NCBI GenBank assembly: GCA_004764695.1
Contig: SMSO01000014.1
Span: 5,756,029 to 5,820,028, forward strand
Length of the DNA: 64,000 nt
Reading direction: 5' to 3'
Origin: Schizochytrium sp. TIO01
Taxonomy: Eukaryota > Protista > Bigyra: Labyrinthulomycetes
The position numbers and the translations under genes were made by a program. The notes under the pieces are model-generated. The model had not been told where the DNA came from. It was given only the letters and a program-made list of their open reading frames with translations, and did no database searches. Shown one piece after another: positions 62,560-64,000 of this stretch (positions are counted from its first letter, which is position 1; every line of letters begins with the position of its first letter).

Positions 62560-62575
62560 CCTGAGCTAAGACCGC
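62503..62575 (-). tRNA. tRNA-Phe(GAA), copy 9
   Basis: Identical to copy 1. Confidence 0.97.
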
Positions 62576-62676
62576 ATGTTTAACATTAGATGTTTACAAA
62601 AAGAGCAATTGAACATATATACCTACTCTAACAATATGGAATAAGCTATACAAATAAAATCGGTGGAAATATATAA

Positions 62677-62805
62677 CCTCCAAATAGTACTAGTGTCTCT
62701 TAGATTTTAAACTACAAAATTTGCAAAACTTGCATTTCATAGAAGGAGCTAAGACTCCATCACGGACTAGTTAGACTAACCCGCGACTCAATGAAATGAT
62801 TTTTT
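62677..62805 (-). ncRNA. Putative Fanzor omegaRNA: scaffold about 62805-62698 plus guide about 62697-62677
   Basis: Directly after the stop codon: stems CATTTCAT/ATGAAATG (62791-98/62733-40), 12-bp TCGCGGGTTAGT/ACTAGTCCGTGA with G-U pairs (62760-86), GGAGT/GCTCC (62745-58), ATTTTG/TAAAAT (62704-20), and a pseudoknot TCTTAG (62749-54) with CTAAGA (62698-703). Confidence 0.65.
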
Positions 62806-64000
62806 TTAAATCATGTCCTTGGATAGGTAGCGTAAAAGGATGCCTCTTGCGGCATGGACATCACGGTCTGCTACATGGTTGCACTTGAGATTAGGGCATT
62901 GGAAAACCTTGGATGCCCCGAGTTTATGGTGGAGGGTACCGCACTCATTGCATGTTTTTGAAGTGTAGCTCTCTTGGCAAAGAACAAGCTTGCACCACGG
63001 GAACATCTCAGCCTTATGAATGAGAGCCTGGCGGAACCCAAAATGGGACCAACGACACATCATTCGAACAGACTTCTTGGATATCCGTCGCTCCATCCTC
63101 CTGCTCATCTTAGAGGTTTCGAATTTAGGCAAGAGAATAACACGATAGTTTTCACAAAGCCAAAGCGCGAGCTTGCGGTGAATCTCAGTGATCTTGTTCT
63201 TGATCTTGAGTTGGGCGCGATAGAAGGCGCGCTTCAAGGGGGTGTTGAAATCGTATGCAGTTTTCTTTTTATTTTCTTGAGCTTTATCAATCCTGCTTTG
63301 GATCTTATCAACGCGGCGACAGAGATAGAATATGGTTCTAAAATCTTTCCCTGTGCCCCATTCAATGGCGCGGCCATCAGCATCATACATCGTCTGAAAC
63401 GAGCGAACACCTGGATCTAGAGCAATGACACTGTGGTGCGCCTTGGGTGCCTGGTCCATTGGACGCTTTTCTTCTTCTCGTAAGAAGCAGAAGTACACAT
63501 GCCCAAGGCGATTCATTTGCACACGCATGGCGTTCTTAATCTGACTGGGGAACTTTTCTTTGCGCGTACGAAACTCTTTTAGAAAGCTGGTGGTCTTTGA
63601 TTTCTCCGTATTCCAGATACGTGCGTTCACTTCGAAAATCTGTGATTCATCACGCTTGGTCCGAAACTTATAAAAAGATTGCTCATGAACTTTCTTTTGT
63701 ACAGCGAGTTCTTCGTTTTTGGCTCGTCCAGAGTTAAGAGCCTTGAAGAAATCCAGAATCCCGGAATCACGGATAGCCTGTGGGACCTCGAGAACCCATT
63801 CAGGAGCATCATGCCTTTCTTTAGATCGAACGGCTTTCTTTTCTCCATAGAGGGCACCATACGTTTGGGGATTCCCATCTTCATCTACTAAAACCTGCTT
63901 CGTCTTGGAATCCTTTTTGATGCACGCTTCTTGATGCAATTTGATGGCTTCTTCATCGCCCTTCGCCACGTCTCGGTGAAACGCAACGCCAGTATTGTAG
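62698..64000 (-). mobile_element. Fanzor2/IS607-like transposon, right end near 62698; left part outside the window
   Basis: Fanzor ORF plus structured right end. Sequence returns to AT-rich tRNA-flank composition below 62697. Confidence 0.72.
62806..64000 (-). CDS. Fanzor2 (eukaryotic TnpB homologue) RNA-guided endonuclease; 5' part beyond the window edge (>397 aa)
   Basis: RuvC-I VIALDPGVRSFQT, VILLPKFETSKM (Pro at the canonical Glu site), alternative Glu in QESYTSKT, CNEC..CPNLKC zinc finger, RuvC-III DRDVHAARGI. The frame is open to nt 64000 (..YNTGVAFHRD-VAKG). Confidence 0.93.
   Translation of the reverse strand, partial: YNTGVAFHRDVAKGDEEAIKLHQEACIKKDSKTKQVLVDEDGNPQTYGALYGEKKAVRSKERHDAPEWVLEVPQAIRDSGILDFFKALNSGRAKNEELAVQKKVHEQSFYKFRTKRDESQIFEVNARIWNTEKSKTTSFLKEFRTRKEKFPSQIKNAMRVQMNRLGHVYFCFLREEEKRPMDQAPKAHHSVIALDPGVRSFQTMYDADGRAIEWGTGKDFRTIFYLCRRVDKIQSRIDKAQENKKKTAYDFNTPLKRAFYRAQLKIKNKITEIHRKLALWLCENYRVILLPKFETSKMSRRMERRISKKSVRMMCRWSHFGFRQALIHKAEMFPWCKLVLCQESYTSKTCNECGTLHHKLGASKVFQCPNLKCNHVADRDVHAARGILLRYLSKDMI

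Noticed and set aside
55025-62575. Identical repeats with unique spacers next to a Cas12-related nuclease, read as a CRISPR-like guide array
   Set aside because: The repeats are complete tRNA-Phe genes with individual terminators. Spacers range from 95 to 3273 nt, and I found no additional omegaRNA scaffold copies in them.

Overview
Eukaryotic, gene-dense and almost intron-free genomic DNA with microsatellite-rich intergenic tracts. The gene set and style suggest a stramenopile protist such as a thraustochytrid/labyrinthulomycete (inference only). Positions 1-54.6 kb carry mostly housekeeping genes: a P2X receptor, BRR2, a membrane-anchored HECT E3 ligase, a Ser-rich coiled-coil protein, a TTI2-like ARM protein, a secreted catalase-superfamily heme protein, an FABP-like calycin, TBC1D31, an RI-type LRR gene built from seven exactly 84-nt exons (missed by the ORF track), a FabG/CBR4-like SDR, a giant ORC4, a stand-alone MEKHLA protein and ARL2. 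BRR2, the HECT ligase and ORC4 are each split by a single-base frameshift, probably assembly indels. Positions 55-62.6 kb hold nine identical, co-oriented tRNA-Phe(GAA) genes with unequal spacers, some containing decayed element-like DNA. About 120 bp upstream of the outermost tRNA, on the same strand, ends a Fanzor2 (IS607-TnpB-type) RNA-guided nuclease element. Its RuvC D/E/D triad and zinc finger are intact, and a pseudoknotted omegaRNA-like scaffold follows the stop codon. The element runs off the right edge of the window and is the most interesting feature here.
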